Of a stretch of DNA of 64,000 bases, positions 47,401-54,852 are shown piece after piece. The position numbers were made by a program, and so were the translations under genes. The stretch spans positions 57,476-121,475 of the forward strand of contig JANWWJ010000025.1 in the NCBI GenBank assembly GCA_025056305.1, in the 5' to 3' direction. The stretch comes from Chitinophagales bacterium (GTDB lineage: Bacteria > Bacteroidota > Bacteroidia > Chitinophagales > UBA10324). How positions within the stretch are numbered: the stretch's first letter is position 1; the number at the start of each line of letters is the position of its first letter. The notes beneath the pieces are model-generated. The model was not told where the DNA came from and did not search any database. It saw only the letters and a list, made by a program, of their open reading frames with translations.

Positions 47401-48957
47401 GCACGAGCCCAAAACAGCATTGTTGTAATCATTGCCCGCACAGGCAGTGGTTTGCCCATACGCATAATACGGCAGCGTGATGGGAATGGCATTGGCACAC
47501 GTGGTTCCTACTGTAGTAGAGCCCGCCGTAATGGAAATGTCGTAAGTAACCGAACTGGGCGGTGACCACGAATCTACAATGATGTAATATGTTCCGGCGG
47601 CAGGGAGCGTTACAGAATGAGCGCCTGGGCCATTGAATGTTGCCACACAAATACCTGTACCACTGCCCGGACAAGCACTATACACTTGACAACCGATCAG
47701 ATTAGAACTGACGTTTGACAGCGTGATGACGATACACTGAGGTCCTGAAGCGGTGTAAGAATAAACCCGATCTTCTCCTGACTGATAGTTGCTCACACAT
47801 GCGCCTAACACACCACTATGGTAGTCATTGGTGGCACAACTTGTGGACTGAGCCGTGGCTGTAAACGGCAGGGTCACCGGTATGGCATTAGAGCACACCG
47901 TCCCGCTTGCCGCACCCGGGGCTGATATTGATATGTCATAAGTAAATGCCGTACCACCCAGAGTATTTCCATCTACCACCAAATAGTAGGTAACGCCTGC
48001 GGTTAAACTTGCACAAATGGACTTACCGGTGGAAAAACTTTGAGAGAAGGCTAAACATGTTGCCCCACTGCACGAAGTTGTGGCCGGGCATGCAGAGTAT
48101 AGATAAATGGCTGAATACCACGAGCTGCTGTTCGATATGGTTGCCGTAACAGTGCCGCTTGTGGCAGGTGTAAAGATGAAAACTTCATCTTCGCAACCAT
48201 AGTAGGTGTTGGTGCCACACACGTAGGCTGTGGTAGAGGTAAGATCATTCACTGCACCTGCAGTGCTGCGCCCAATGCTGGTGTAAGGCAGTGAGGTGAC
48301 GTTTACTACGCCCGTTCCCAAGACAGAAGAGCAGGCAGTAGCCCCTCCTGAACTTACCACTGAGATACTATCGATTGCAGCTGGTGGTTGTGTTCCCAAT
48401 GAGTTGTTGTTTTTCCAGGTAAACACCAATCGCTTGGTCCCGCTCTGACAAGAAACGGTTAGCGTGGTGGTTTGCCAGGAAGAAAAACCCTTCAAGGTAT
48501 TGCCTAATGCGTAGGTGTTCACTGAATTGCTGCCGGCCGTTACGGGCGTTCCTGCAGGGCAGAGCGCAACTTGAAGGAAATCGGGGCCCTCACCATAGTT
48601 TTTCCATCTAAACTTGATGGTTAATGTGGTATGACCTGAAGGAATGGTAATGTCGCGATAAAAGTGAACTGTGGAGTTTACCGTGGTGCTGTACGTGTGG
48701 GTTGCACCGGCGGGATCAGAAGAAATGTAAGCACAACGAGCACCCTGATAACCCGTGGCTGCCGTACCTAAAAACCATTTGTTGGTTTGTGTACCGTTGA
48801 CTTCAACCCAGCCATTGGCAGCCAAGGTCGTTCCGTTTTCAAAGCCTCCGTCGCCCGCAGGGTCAACCAGCAATGTCTGGGCATCAACCCTTGGCAAGAA
48901 AGCCCAAACCAGCCCGAAGCATCCTAAGGTGGCTAAACGTGTTAATTTGCAGGCCAT
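44443..48957 (-). CDS. Giant T9SS cargo protein (1504 aa), paralogue 2: same architecture as 40678-44382 but with four Cys-rich PPC-like modules
   Basis: Signal MACKLTRLATLGCFGLVWAFLPRVDAQ. N-terminal DPAGDGGFENGTTLAANGW. LPVELVSFTGS...NNYYRLQQEDFSG domain. CTD LSPNPTSGDLTITL...GIYQLCL. Confidence 0.8.
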   Translation of the reverse strand: MACKLTRLATLGCFGLVWAFLPRVDAQTLLVDPAGDGGFENGTTLAANGWVEVNGTQTNKWFLGTAATGYQGARCAYISSDPAGATHTYSTTVNSTVHFYRDITIPSGHTTLTIKFRWKNYGEGPDFLQVALCPAGTPVTAGSNSVNTYALGNTLKGFSSWQTTTLTVSCQSGTKRLVFTWKNNNSLGTQPPAAIDSISVVSSGGATACSSVLGTGVVNVTSLPYTSIGRSTAGAVNDLTSTTAYVCGTNTYYGCEDEVFIFTPATSGTVTATISNSSSWYSAIYLYSACPATTSCSGATCLAFSQSFSTGKSICASLTAGVTYYLVVDGNTLGGTAFTYDISISAPGAASGTVCSNAIPVTLPFTATAQSTSCATNDYHSGVLGACVSNYQSGEDRVYSYTASGPQCIVITLSNVSSNLIGCQVYSACPGSGTGICVATFNGPGAHSVTLPAAGTYYIIVDSWSPPSSVTYDISITAGSTTVGTTCANAIPITLPYYAYGQTTACAGNDYNNAVLGSCGSIYESGEDRVYAYTTTSAECISVTLSNMSSNFGGFMVYSACPGTGTGICLGWFGGPGTRQVSLPGPGTYYIIVDSWAPPSAITYDLSVISMGSGQPNDLPCNAINLPIGVLTAGNNSCSSGTGEPSNTNCFGGGALNTVWYSFVAPSSSVKVGFQNGSLVNAAIQLYGGSCNSLTYISCANSTTLACPGALFTGLTPGATYYLRLDGSGDAVGYYQIVVDNGTGPFTPTSADCEGALDVCGTTFTNADNSNGCGNIQDVTGTCTVSNPCTNPASSNWGCWLSGELNVRFFKLQIQTSGTLAWTLSGTGTGFFDWLLWDITTQGCAGIKNNTLPPVRCNWNASSIGMTGMQSTVPPGGVPGNFEQPLNVTAGQTYILGISNWSYVIPAYNLDFSNSTCVIGSSTTAVWTGAVGTAWNQTANWAGCGTPSCGIDAIIDVAANQPIIGSNATVRNLTIEPGATLTINAGVTLSICGNLTNNGTIIASPSSTIQFIGTGAQAVTGNFSGTSKLGNVVVTKTSGTVDIMQDMEIAGNLTTSNATSVINLNNKNLKIGGNVTIHSGATTLTGTGSSTITFNGANNQNYSPGGTINIGTVVIDKPAGTAVVLYGNLNVTSNLTLTSGRITTGLNEVHVSNTSTTAITGGSTASYVDGYLRRNIAATGSYDFPVGHHSSGKGFQKINFNFTSAVSFANLLVSFQPYVTVPGPLNVSDCGYNYNMQALNNGYWTAVSSAPMTSGAYTVTLFNTAGTYTNNGGATQWTVMKNNGTGWHLNGTCATSTIGQVVRTGLVGFSDFGTAQSSTNLPVELVSFTGSVYEDGNLLQWQTLSEENNAYFHIERSSDGHVFSRIGTVRGQGTSTQQNDYTFWDRQPLAGNNYYRLQQEDFSGHVTYSHVIVLETKMKPLALLQLSPNPTSGDLTITLHKEYEGHVLLEITDLFGKTVISDKIKATGVVDYRASLKGLPAGIYQLCLRATERDQLVLAKLVLQ
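47131..47511 (-). repeat. Internal tandem protein-module repeat, copy 2 (aa 483-609)
   Basis: GTTCANAIPITLPY...SGEDRVYAYT...VYSACPGTGTGIC...GTYYIIVDSWAPPSAITYDLSVIS. Confidence 0.75.
47524..47904 (-). repeat. Internal tandem protein-module repeat, copy 1 (aa 352-478 of the 1504-aa ORF)
   Basis: GTVCSNAIPVTLPF...SGEDRVYSYT...VYSACPGSGTGIC...GTYYIIVDSWSPPSSVTYDISITA. About 60 percent identical by eye to copy 2. DNA identity is clearly lower, so the duplication is not recent. Confidence 0.75.
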
Positions 48958-48988
48958 AGGCTGAAAATTTCAAAATCCATCGAAAAAT

Positions 48989-49354
48989 CTATCGTTGGCG
49001 CGGTTGAAACTGATTGGGGCTCAGAAAATCATGACCCAAAGCAGTCATAACCTGCTCTATAGTTCCATACTTTTCCCGAACCCAAAAATTTGCTTCAGCC
49101 AACTTAGTGATCAGCGTATGCTTAGAGGTTTGCTGTTCATCTATTCGAAGCAGTATCACTTGATGAACGGGAGATAAGGCTACGACCTCAACTCCGGCTG
49201 TAGCTTGTAGGAACATAACTGCCTGCCTAAGCTCTTCAGGACTCAGACGCTCAAATTCCAGAATCATTTCATCTGGTCTGAGCTCCTGCGCCTGTGCAGG
49301 CAGGAGCGCACCACTTACTACCAATACTGCTAACCAACGTCGTAAATGTTTCAT
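48989..49354 (-). CDS. Small secreted hypothetical protein (121 aa)
   Basis: Signal peptide MKHLRRWLAVLVVSGALLPAQAQ. No recognisable motif. It ends 31 nt upstream of the 1504-aa cargo gene on the same strand. Confidence 0.55.
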   Translation of the reverse strand: MKHLRRWLAVLVVSGALLPAQAQELRPDEMILEFERLSPEELRQAVMFLQATAGVEVVALSPVHQVILLRIDEQQTSKHTLITKLAEANFWVREKYGTIEQVMTALGHDFLSPNQFQPRQR

Positions 49355-49431
49355 GCGTATTTCCCCCTCTTGGAGGATAAATGTAGGGATTTTTTTAAAA
49401 GATTAAGAAAATAATTCGGGGTAAAAATAAC

Positions 49432-50577
49432 CTATCCCTGTGCAGCTGCCGGCTGAGGTATCAGACGCCGCAAGGTGGAAGCCACGTGGTCTATTTCCTC
49501 AAAAGAGTTCAAGGCAGAAAAGGAAAAACGAATAGCTACACGCTGCTCGTGGCCTCCGATAGCTTCCAACACATGAGAACCTTTTTCCGCCCCGCTGCTG
49601 CAGGCGCTTCCACTCGAGGCGCTGATGCCCTGCAGGTCCAAATTGAACAACAGCATAGCCGTTTGGTCGTTAAGCGGAAAAGAGACATTGAGGATTGTGT
49701 GCAAAACGTTTTCCGGATCCCCATTGATGCGCACATCGGTAAAATCGGCCTTTAGGCTTCTGATGAGCTGTTGCCGTAAACCGCTTACGTAGGCCATGTG
49801 CTCTTGCATTCGGGAACAACACAGTTCCAAGGCATGGGCCATGCCCACAATCCCGGCCACATTTTCGGTGCCGGCTCTCATGTTTCGTTCTTGCCCACCC
49901 CCAACGATCAGCGGACTTATACGTATGTCATTGCGCACATAGATGAATCCGACACCCTTGGGTCCATGAAACTTATGGGCAGACCCGACCAGAAGATGCA
50001 CAGGCAAAGCGCGAACATCCAAAGGCAAATGACCGACCGTCTGCACCGAGTCGCTGTGAAAGATACCCTGATAACGAAACACCAGTTCTCCGATGGCCTG
50101 AAGATCAGCAATAGTCCCAATTTCATTGTTGGCATGCATTACAGAGACCAGCACGGGAGCGGGCAGCTTTTGGAGCAAGACTTCCAGCTGCCGCAGGTTT
50201 ATGCGCCCGTACTGGTCCACAGCCAACAGGTGCACTTGAATTTTTCCTTCTTGTTGCAGTTCCAGTGCCGTTTGCTGTACACAGTGGTGTTCTATAGGCG
50301 TAGTGATGAGGTGACGAATGTTAAAAGACCTGACGGTGCAGCGCAAGGCCATGTTGTTGGCTTCAGTGCCACCAGAGGTAAAGAATATTTCGCCCGGTAA
50401 GCAGTTTAAGCACTGAGCAATAGTTTTTCGGGCCTTTTCAATGGCAGCCCGACTTTCGCGTCCGTGGGCGTGAATAGCAGAGGGATTTCCAAAATGTGTT
50501 TTCAGATATGGCAGCATAGCCTCCAACACTTCCGGAAGGAGCGGCGTAGTGGCCGCATTGTCCAAATAGACGCGCAT
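49432..50577 (-). CDS. Cysteine desulfurase (class V aminotransferase, NifS/IscS family)
   Basis: MRVYLDNAATTP N-terminus, PLP-lysine motif SAHKFHGPKG and active-site loop SSGSACSSG. Confidence 0.9.
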   Translation of the reverse strand: MRVYLDNAATTPLLPEVLEAMLPYLKTHFGNPSAIHAHGRESRAAIEKARKTIAQCLNCLPGEIFFTSGGTEANNMALRCTVRSFNIRHLITTPIEHHCVQQTALELQQEGKIQVHLLAVDQYGRINLRQLEVLLQKLPAPVLVSVMHANNEIGTIADLQAIGELVFRYQGIFHSDSVQTVGHLPLDVRALPVHLLVGSAHKFHGPKGVGFIYVRNDIRISPLIVGGGQERNMRAGTENVAGIVGMAHALELCCSRMQEHMAYVSGLRQQLIRSLKADFTDVRINGDPENVLHTILNVSFPLNDQTAMLLFNLDLQGISASSGSACSSGAEKGSHVLEAIGGHEQRVAIRFSFSALNSFEEIDHVASTLRRLIPQPAAAQG

Positions 50578-50600
50578 GAAAACAAAGATAAAAACGTGGC

Positions 50601-51800
50601 CTACCTTTCATGTAGCTCGTAAATGATGGCTGTACCTTGACCCACACCCACACACATTGTGGCTAAACCATAACGCACTTGGAGCCGCTTCATGGCATGC
50701 AACAATGTGCAGCTGATACGAGCTCCGCTGCAGCCCAAAGGGTGACCCAATGCTATGGCCCCACCCTGAACATTTACCCGATCAGGATCTAACGCTAGTT
50801 CACGGATACATGCCAGGCACTGTGCAGCAAAGGCTTCGTTGAGCTCTACTAATCCGACATCAGAAAGCTGCAGTTGGGCACGAGCTAATGCCTTTCGCGT
50901 TGCCGGCACCGGCCCTATACCCATGTAGGCCGGGTCAACTCCAGCTACAGCCATAGCGACCACGCGCGCTATTGGTTTCAGCCCGTAGCGTTGCACGGCT
51001 TGAGTGGTGGCCAGAAGTAGGGCAGCAGCTCCATCGTTGATGCCGGCCGAATTGCCGGCCGTTACCGTACCCCCTTCCCGGAATACAGGGGAAAGGGCAG
51101 CCAGTTTTTCCATCGAAGTTTGCCTCGGGTGCTCATCCACCATACACCATTTTTCCGGATGTTCGGAAATACGTACCGGAATTCGTTCATTGGCGAACCA
51201 ACCGTTTTGTTCAGCTTGCTGGTATTTAAGTTGTGAGCTCAATGCAAAAGCATCTTGTTGTTCGCGGCTGATCTGATAACGTTCGGCCACATTTTCAGCT
51301 GTTTCACCCATCGAATAGGGATGGTAGCGCTCCGCAAGTTTGGGATTTACGAAGCGCCAACCCAGAGTGGTATCAAAGATGACAGGCTGACGGCTGAAGG
51401 GCTGATCAGGCTTAGCTACCACCCAAGGAGCTCTACTCATGCTTTCTACACCCCCTGCAATCATCAACTCACCATCACCGCAAGCCAAAGCTCTAGAGGC
51501 ATACATGATGGCATCCATACCGCTGGCGCAAAGTCGGTTTATCGTTGTGCCGGCTACAGTAACAGGAAGGCCTGCCAGCAAAGCAGCCATGCGGGCTACA
51601 TTGCGGTTATCCTCTCCAGCCTGATTGGCAGCTCCCAAAACCACATCTTCGATGACTTCGGCAGGCACTGAAGGGTTTCGCTGCAGCAAAGCCGCGATCA
51701 CAGCAGCCGCCAAATCATCGGGGCGAACTGAGCTGAGCGCACCGCCATAGCGCCCTATGGGCGTACGCACCGCATCAATAACCCAAACCTGGTGCGACAA
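50601..51800 (-). CDS. Acetyl-CoA C-acyltransferase (thiolase)
   Basis: Active-site Cys motif NRLCASG and C-terminal motifs GHPLGCSGARI and CVGVGQG. The in-frame TTG at 51800 (MSHQVWVIDAVRTPIG) gives the normal ~399 aa. The track extension to 51935 would overlap the DUF4293 gene. Confidence 0.88.
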   Translation of the reverse strand: MSHQVWVIDAVRTPIGRYGGALSSVRPDDLAAAVIAALLQRNPSVPAEVIEDVVLGAANQAGEDNRNVARMAALLAGLPVTVAGTTINRLCASGMDAIMYASRALACGDGELMIAGGVESMSRAPWVVAKPDQPFSRQPVIFDTTLGWRFVNPKLAERYHPYSMGETAENVAERYQISREQQDAFALSSQLKYQQAEQNGWFANERIPVRISEHPEKWCMVDEHPRQTSMEKLAALSPVFREGGTVTAGNSAGINDGAAALLLATTQAVQRYGLKPIARVVAMAVAGVDPAYMGIGPVPATRKALARAQLQLSDVGLVELNEAFAAQCLACIRELALDPDRVNVQGGAIALGHPLGCSGARISCTLLHAMKRLQVRYGLATMCVGVGQGTAIIYELHER

Positions 51801-51835
51801 AACACGTTTCTTTGCCGTAAATGTAGCGCACGGGC

Positions 51836-52270
51836 ATGCTGCAGCGTATTCAAACGGTGTGGTTGTTGCTTGCCATGGGTTGTAGTGTGTTGCTGTTCTA
51901 CGTGCCGGTGTGGCAAACCGCAAGCCCTTCACCAACCGATCGACTTACGGCATTAGGCGCCGGCATCAATTTTAAATTGCTGGGTTTTCCCTTGATGTTG
52001 TTCATCAGCCACACGATTGCCACCTGGTCATTTAAAAACCGCCGAAGGCAATTGCGTTGGTGCAATATCAACATCATGTTGTTTTTGTTGTTTCTGCTTG
52101 CAGCCTTTATCATCCTTGAATCCGAAAATCAAATCTTTTTTGAGCTTAATTGGAGAGATTTGAAGCTGGGTTTTTATCTACCGTTTCTGGGCATTTTGTT
52201 CAACGTACTAGCCAGGAGAGGAATTCGCCGGGATGAGCAACTCATCCGCAACATGCATCACCTGCGCTGA
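51836..52270 (+). CDS. DUF4293-like small membrane protein
   Basis: MLQRIQTVWLLLA N-terminus and four TM segments, typical of the Bacteroidota DUF4293 family. Confidence 0.6.
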   Translation: MLQRIQTVWLLLAMGCSVLLFYVPVWQTASPSPTDRLTALGAGINFKLLGFPLMLFISHTIATWSFKNRRRQLRWCNINIMLFLLFLLAAFIILESENQIFFELNWRDLKLGFYLPFLGILFNVLARRGIRRDEQLIRNMHHLR

Positions 52271-52307
52271 GTGGGAATATTTTCTGTTCCTGCTAGTTTG
52301 GACGGTG

Positions 52308-52315
52308 TAATTTTG
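52308..52315 (+). promoter_or_regulatory. Candidate -7 box TAATTTTG upstream of recA
   Basis: Exact TAnnTTTG match 37 nt upstream of the recA ATG. Confidence 0.3.
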
Positions 52316-52351
52316 GAAAAAACGACTTTATTCCTCATCAAATCTTTTTAA

Positions 52352-53380
52352 ATGGCAAGCAATATCCCACAGGAGAAACTGAAAGCGCTCAAGCTCACTT
52401 TGGAAAAGATTGACAAGACCTACGGCCGCGGTACGGTAATGAAGTTGGGCGACACCATGATTGAACCGCTGGAGTTCATCAGCACCGGTAGTGTAGGATT
52501 AAATCTGGCTTTAGGCATCGGAGGGTTGCCTAAAGGGCGAGTGGTAGAAATTTTTGGCCCGGAGTCGTCAGGAAAAACGACGCTGGCAATCCACGCCATT
52601 GCGGAAGCGCAGAAAAAAGGAGGCATAGCGGCGTTTATCGACGCAGAGCATGCCTTCGATAAGTTTTATGCGCAAAATCTGGGCGTTGATGTGGAAAATC
52701 TCCTTATTTCTCAGCCCGACAACGGAGAGCAGGCTTTAGAAATAGCTGACAGCCTGATTCGCTCGGGCGCCATTGACATCATCGTAATCGACTCAGTAGC
52801 TGCCCTTACTCCCAAAGGGGAACTAGAAGGCGAAATGGGCGACAGCAAAGTCGGCCTGCAGGCGCGGCTCATGTCGCAAGCCCTGCGTAAACTCACGGCA
52901 ACGATCAGCAAAACCAAATGCTGTTGCATTTTTATCAACCAACTGCGAGAAAAAATAGGCGTGTTGTTCGGCAATCCGGAAACCACCACGGGAGGCAATG
53001 CATTAAAATTTTATGCATCGGTAAGACTGGATATCCGGCGGGTGGGGCAGATCAAGGAAGGGGAACATGTTTTGGGTAACCGAGTGCGTGTAAAGGTGGT
53101 GAAAAACAAGGTGGCTCCTCCGTTCCGGCAATGTGAATTCGACATCATGTACGGCAGCGGCATTTCGCGCGAAGGAGAACTGGTGGATTTGGGCGTAGAA
53201 CTCAACCTGCTGCAAAAAAGCGGGTCATGGTTCAGCTATGAAGGCGACAAACTGGGTCAAGGTCGAGATACCATCGTTCAGTTGCTGCGCGACAATCCGG
53301 AATTAGCCGCCGAGCTCGAACAAAAAATTATGGAAAAGGTGTTAGGAAAAGTGCCGACTCAGAAAGAAGACGGCAAATAA
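52352..53380 (+). CDS. recA: Recombinase RecA
   Basis: Walker [10 protein letters not shown] plus the conserved IDAEHA and VIDSVAAL motifs; 342 aa. Confidence 0.97.
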   Translation: MASNIPQEKLKALKLTLEKIDKTYGRGTVMKLGDTMIEPLEFISTGSVGLNLALGIGGLPKGRVVEIFGPESSGKTTLAIHAIAEAQKKGGIAAFIDAEHAFDKFYAQNLGVDVENLLISQPDNGEQALEIADSLIRSGAIDIIVIDSVAALTPKGELEGEMGDSKVGLQARLMSQALRKLTATISKTKCCCIFINQLREKIGVLFGNPETTTGGNALKFYASVRLDIRRVGQIKEGEHVLGNRVRVKVVKNKVAPPFRQCEFDIMYGSGISREGELVDLGVELNLLQKSGSWFSYEGDKLGQGRDTIVQLLRDNPELAAELEQKIMEKVLGKVPTQKEDGK

Positions 53381-53432
53381 TTTTGACTGCCGCTTACCAT
53401 TTTATTTTTCACAACAAATCATTTTTCAGAAC

Positions 53433-53843
53433 ATGAAACGATCAGCTACAGCCACGTGGAAAGGCCCAGGGAAGGAAGGAAGTGGCACCTTGAGCTTAGA
53501 CAGCGGTATGTTAAAAGAGGCTTCTTACTCTTGGCGCACACGGTTTCAGGATCCGGAGGGCACCAGCCCTGAAGAGTTGCTCGCAGCTGCGCATGCCGCT
53601 TGCTTCAGCATGAAACTCAGCTTCGTGTTGGGCAATGCAGGATATACTCCCACTTCTCTCCAAACGACGTGCACCGTCACCATCGAAAACGGTTTGATTA
53701 ACAACTCCCATCTTGTGGTCGTCGGTCAAGTGCCGGGCCTAAGCGCAGAAACCTTTCGTCAGTGCGCCGAAGATGCCAAACAAAATTGCCCGGTGAGCAA
53801 GGTCTTAAATACTCAGATCACCTTAGAAGCCCGTCTTGCCTAA
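53433..53843 (+). CDS. osmC: OsmC family peroxiredoxin
   Basis: 136 aa with the two conserved Cys contexts HAACFSM and NCPVSKVL. Confidence 0.85.
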   Translation: MKRSATATWKGPGKEGSGTLSLDSGMLKEASYSWRTRFQDPEGTSPEELLAAAHAACFSMKLSFVLGNAGYTPTSLQTTCTVTIENGLINNSHLVVVGQVPGLSAETFRQCAEDAKQNCPVSKVLNTQITLEARLA

Positions 53844-53856
53844 GCGAGGGAGACGC

Positions 53857-54684
53857 TCAGGGCTGCATCAGGTTGGTCTTGAGCTCAGCAGACAGAGGAT
53901 AAAGCTGACCGTTGCTGGGGCTCTGCTGCTTTTTGAGGTGAATAGCCGGATACGTAAAAAGTTTCCACGTACCCTGATTGTACTCCAGGGCGGTGAGGTT
54001 TTCTACCCAGTCACCGGCATTTAGATAGATAACTTTTCGTCGACCGGCTTGAATAACCTTTATTTCGGGCTGATGAATGTGTCCGCAAACGACGTAATCG
54101 TATCCCTGTTCCAACGCCAGAGAGATGACAGTTTTTTCAAACTCGCTGATATAGGCTACAGCGCGCTTTACGCTGTGCTTAATTCGCTTGGACAGGCTGA
54201 TGCGTTCACGTCCCAAACGCTGCAACACCCAGTTTACCGACCGATTGAGTAGAATCAATAGGTCATAACCCATGCCGCCCAGGCGGGCCAACCAACGAGA
54301 GTTGCGCATGGTCAGGTCAAAGACATCGCCGTGAAAGAACCAATACTTTTTTCCATCTAACTCGATGACGAGCTTATCCACCAAATGCAGGTTGCCCAGC
54401 ATGGCGTCGCTGTAACGCCGAAGAATGTCGTCATGGTTGCCCGTGAGGTAGTAAATCGTGGTGCCGCGGCTCATGAGCAACAACAACTGTTGCAACACTT
54501 GAGTATGGCTCACGGGCCAGAAACGCTTATTGAATGCCCAAACATCAATGATGTCTCCATTCAGGAAAAGCAGTTCTGGTTCAATAGAGGAAAGGTAATC
54601 CACCAGCTCGCGGGCGTGACATCCGATCGAGCCCAGATGGATATCACTTAAAACAACGGCTTTAAGCTTTCTCCGATCGGTCAT
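53857..54684 (-). CDS. LpxH-family metallophosphoesterase (UDP-2,3-diacylglucosamine diphosphatase-like)
   Basis: Calcineurin-like motifs VLSDIHLG, NGDIID and GNHD. The ATG at 54684 (MTDRRKLKAVV) is preferred; the track start at 54690 is TTG. Confidence 0.75.
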   Translation of the reverse strand: MTDRRKLKAVVLSDIHLGSIGCHARELVDYLSSIEPELLFLNGDIIDVWAFNKRFWPVSHTQVLQQLLLLMSRGTTIYYLTGNHDDILRRYSDAMLGNLHLVDKLVIELDGKKYWFFHGDVFDLTMRNSRWLARLGGMGYDLLILLNRSVNWVLQRLGRERISLSKRIKHSVKRAVAYISEFEKTVISLALEQGYDYVVCGHIHQPEIKVIQAGRRKVIYLNAGDWVENLTALEYNQGTWKLFTYPAIHLKKQQSPSNGQLYPLSAELKTNLMQP

Positions 54685-54852
54685 GATCAACGAGGCACAA
54701 AACTTCGATAGACATATTAAAAAATTGATAACGTCATGTTATGCTATGAATACGGCGGCATGTCCGATACACATGCCCGTGGTGCGTTGTCTACAAGAAC
54801 ACACAACCGCCGCTTAGGCCAGAATATTGTTTACTTTGCAAACAGAGGTTGC

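Noticed and set aside
40678-48957. Diversity-generating retroelement or cassette-type variation acting on the giant paralogues
   Set aside because: There is no reverse transcriptase, and no near-identical template/variable DNA repeat pair. The paralogues and their internal modules are diverged throughout at the DNA level and do not differ only at adenine-templated positions.
51801-51935. 45-codon N-terminal extension of the thiolase ORF overlapping the divergent DUF4293 gene
   Set aside because: Thiolases are ~390-400 aa and begin just before the V.DAVRTPIG motif. An in-frame TTG at 51800 gives exactly that length. The extension would overlap the DUF4293 gene, whose ATG is at 51836.
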